From: the human T2T-CHM13v2.0 reference genome, Homo sapiens
Length of the DNA stretch: 64,000 bases
Reading direction: 5' to 3' (one strand)
NCBI RefSeq assembly: GCF_009914755.1
Contig: NC_060930.1
Every line of letters begins with the position of its first letter. Positions within the stretch are counted from its first letter, which is position 1. Shown here piece after piece: positions 62,226 through 64,000 of the stretch. A program made the position numbers and the translations under genes. The notes beneath the pieces were generated by a model, which was not told the DNA's origin, did no database searches, and saw only the letters and a list, made by a program, of their open reading frames with translations.

Positions 62226-63798
62226 TTCTCTGGTTTCCATTGTAACATGTAAGGAGTTTGGAAGTCATTACTGCATCCTAACAACAAACAAAAAGCTGAA
62301 AAGGGCCTGGAAAATAAAAACTTGTCTCAGATCTATCAGAGAAGTGAGGTCACAGGGCAAACTACTGTCCTAAAAATTAGAGAGACTGAATACAGAGAAT
62401 TACAACTTAAAGGAGAAGAAACCCACAAGCAGAAACCTCCACAGGAACCAGTGCTGGGCTATATAAACCTAAACTCTAATTGACAAATTCTTAGAGCCTT
62501 AGTGTAGAGAAATCTAAGAGTTAAAACACCATGGGAACCCAGTCATATGGGAACCCACACACCTTCATGAGTTTACCATTCAGAGATTGACCCTATTCTC
62601 CCAGTAGATATTGAAGAAAAATCCTCTCATGCTTCTGTCAGGGGAAGGGGGAAAGTAATCATTTAAAAGTATACCAGAGCATGCCATTCTTCTTAACAAG
62701 GCCTGTCCTCAGGAGAAACTATTTTTACCAGAGCCTAACCTATTGGAGTTTTTCAGAGCCCAACTGACTGAGGGAAAGGAAATATTCAACTCTACCCCAC
62801 TCTAGCCATCCTCTTCTACCTAAAAGGGGAGAAAAGTGAGAAGCACATACAAACTTCACAGTCCAGAGGCACAGGCTCACTAAAACATTGAGTGCTCATC
62901 ACAGTACTAAAGAAATCTACCCTGACCCACACTGTCCCACCACATCACTAAAGGCCTATTTACTGCAATTCCTTTTACCCAGTCCATGTTCACCTTTCAA
63001 CAAAGAAATTATAAAGCATACTTAGAGGCAAAATGTGCAGTTTGAAAAAAGTAAGCATCAGACCCAGAGTTGGATATAGCAGGATGTTGCAGTTACCAGA
63101 TTAGGAATTTTAAAAAATTATGATTGATGTGTTAAGGACTCTACTGGACAAAATAGAGAACATGTAAGAATGGATGCATGATGTAAGCAGAGTGATGGAA
63201 ATTCTAAGACAGAATAAAAAAGAAATACTAAAAAAAGAAATGCTAGAGATAAATAACCCTGTAACAGAAATGAAGAATGACTTTGGTGAGCTCATTAGTG
63301 GACTGGAGATAGCCGAGAAAAAAAACTGTGAGCTTGAGGATATGTCAGTAGAAACTTTCAAAACTGAAAAGCAAAGAGTAAAATACCAAAAACAATGAAA
63401 TGGAATATCTAAGAAATGTGATAAAACTACAAAAGGTGTGAATACATGTAACGGAAATATCAAGAGGAGAAAGAGCAAACAGAAGCAATAATTGAAGCAA
63501 TAAGGACACAGTTTTCCCCAAATTCCTGACAGATATCAAACCGCAGATCCCGGAAGCAGAGAGAATACCAAGCAGGATAAATGCAAAAAACAAACAAACA
63601 AACAAAAAATACCCAAACCAAAAAAAAGCCTATACCTAGGCATATCATATTCAAATTACAGAAATCAAAGACAAATTCTTGAAAGAAGTCATAGGAAAAA
63701 AATACCTTATCTTTAGAGAATCAAAAGTAAGAATTACATCCAATTTTCTCCAGGAATGCATGCAAGCATGAAGAGAGTAGAGTAAATTATTTATGGTG
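62226..63798 (+). mobile_element. L1M 5' UTR and ORF1 remnant
   Basis: ORF 63174-63398 is an L1 ORF1 coiled-coil (EMLEINNPVTEMKNDF..LEIAEKK..ELED); cctaggcatatcatattcaaa motif. Confidence 0.8.
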
Positions 63799-64000
63799 TG
63801 TATTAGTTCATTTCATGCTGCTGATAAAGACACACCCAAGACTGGGTAATTTATAAAGAAAAATAGGTTTAATTGACTCACATTCTATGTGGCTAGGGAG
63901 GCCTCACAGTGATGGTGGGAGGCAAAAGTCATGTCTTACATGCAGCAGAGAAGAGAAAATGAGAGCCAAGTGAAAGGGTTTCCCCTTATAAAACCATCAG
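63799..64000 (-). mobile_element. THE1 LTR (continues beyond the window)
   Basis: tgtattagt..catgctgctgataaagaca.acccaagactgggtaatttataaag. Confidence 0.9.

Overview
Primate (probably human) non-coding genomic DNA. It is AT-rich, has no CpG island and no protein-coding exon that I can support, and it is dominated by interspersed repeats. These include about 16 Alu/FLAM elements, a full-length L1PB-type element nested in an older L1M, and several other L1, L2 and MIR fragments. The LTR elements are an MST (MaLR) provirus with an extra partial LTR, solo MER52, LTR12, MLT1, MLT2 and MST/MLT1A LTRs, and a THE1 LTR at the window edge. The DNA transposons are MADE1, Tigger2a, MER5 and a near-complete decayed hAT-Charlie transposase that the ORF track misses. 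There are two processed pseudogenes on the minus strand (GAPDH and HMGB1). The structure not explained by repeat families is a set of three locally templated copies of different ages. The first is a 267-bp inverted duplication (about 91% identical, 148-bp spacer) whose left arm is bracketed by a 13-bp direct repeat. The second is a ~157-bp copy pasted into an L1 about 3.1 kb from its donor. The third is a 59-bp near-perfect copy 1.5 kb from its partner. I cannot support a new gene-encoded system here; the best leads are these repair-like insertions and possible dsRNA or LTR12-driven transcription. Repeat subfamily names come from remembered consensus sequences and need RepeatMasker confirmation. 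Identities are hand counts.
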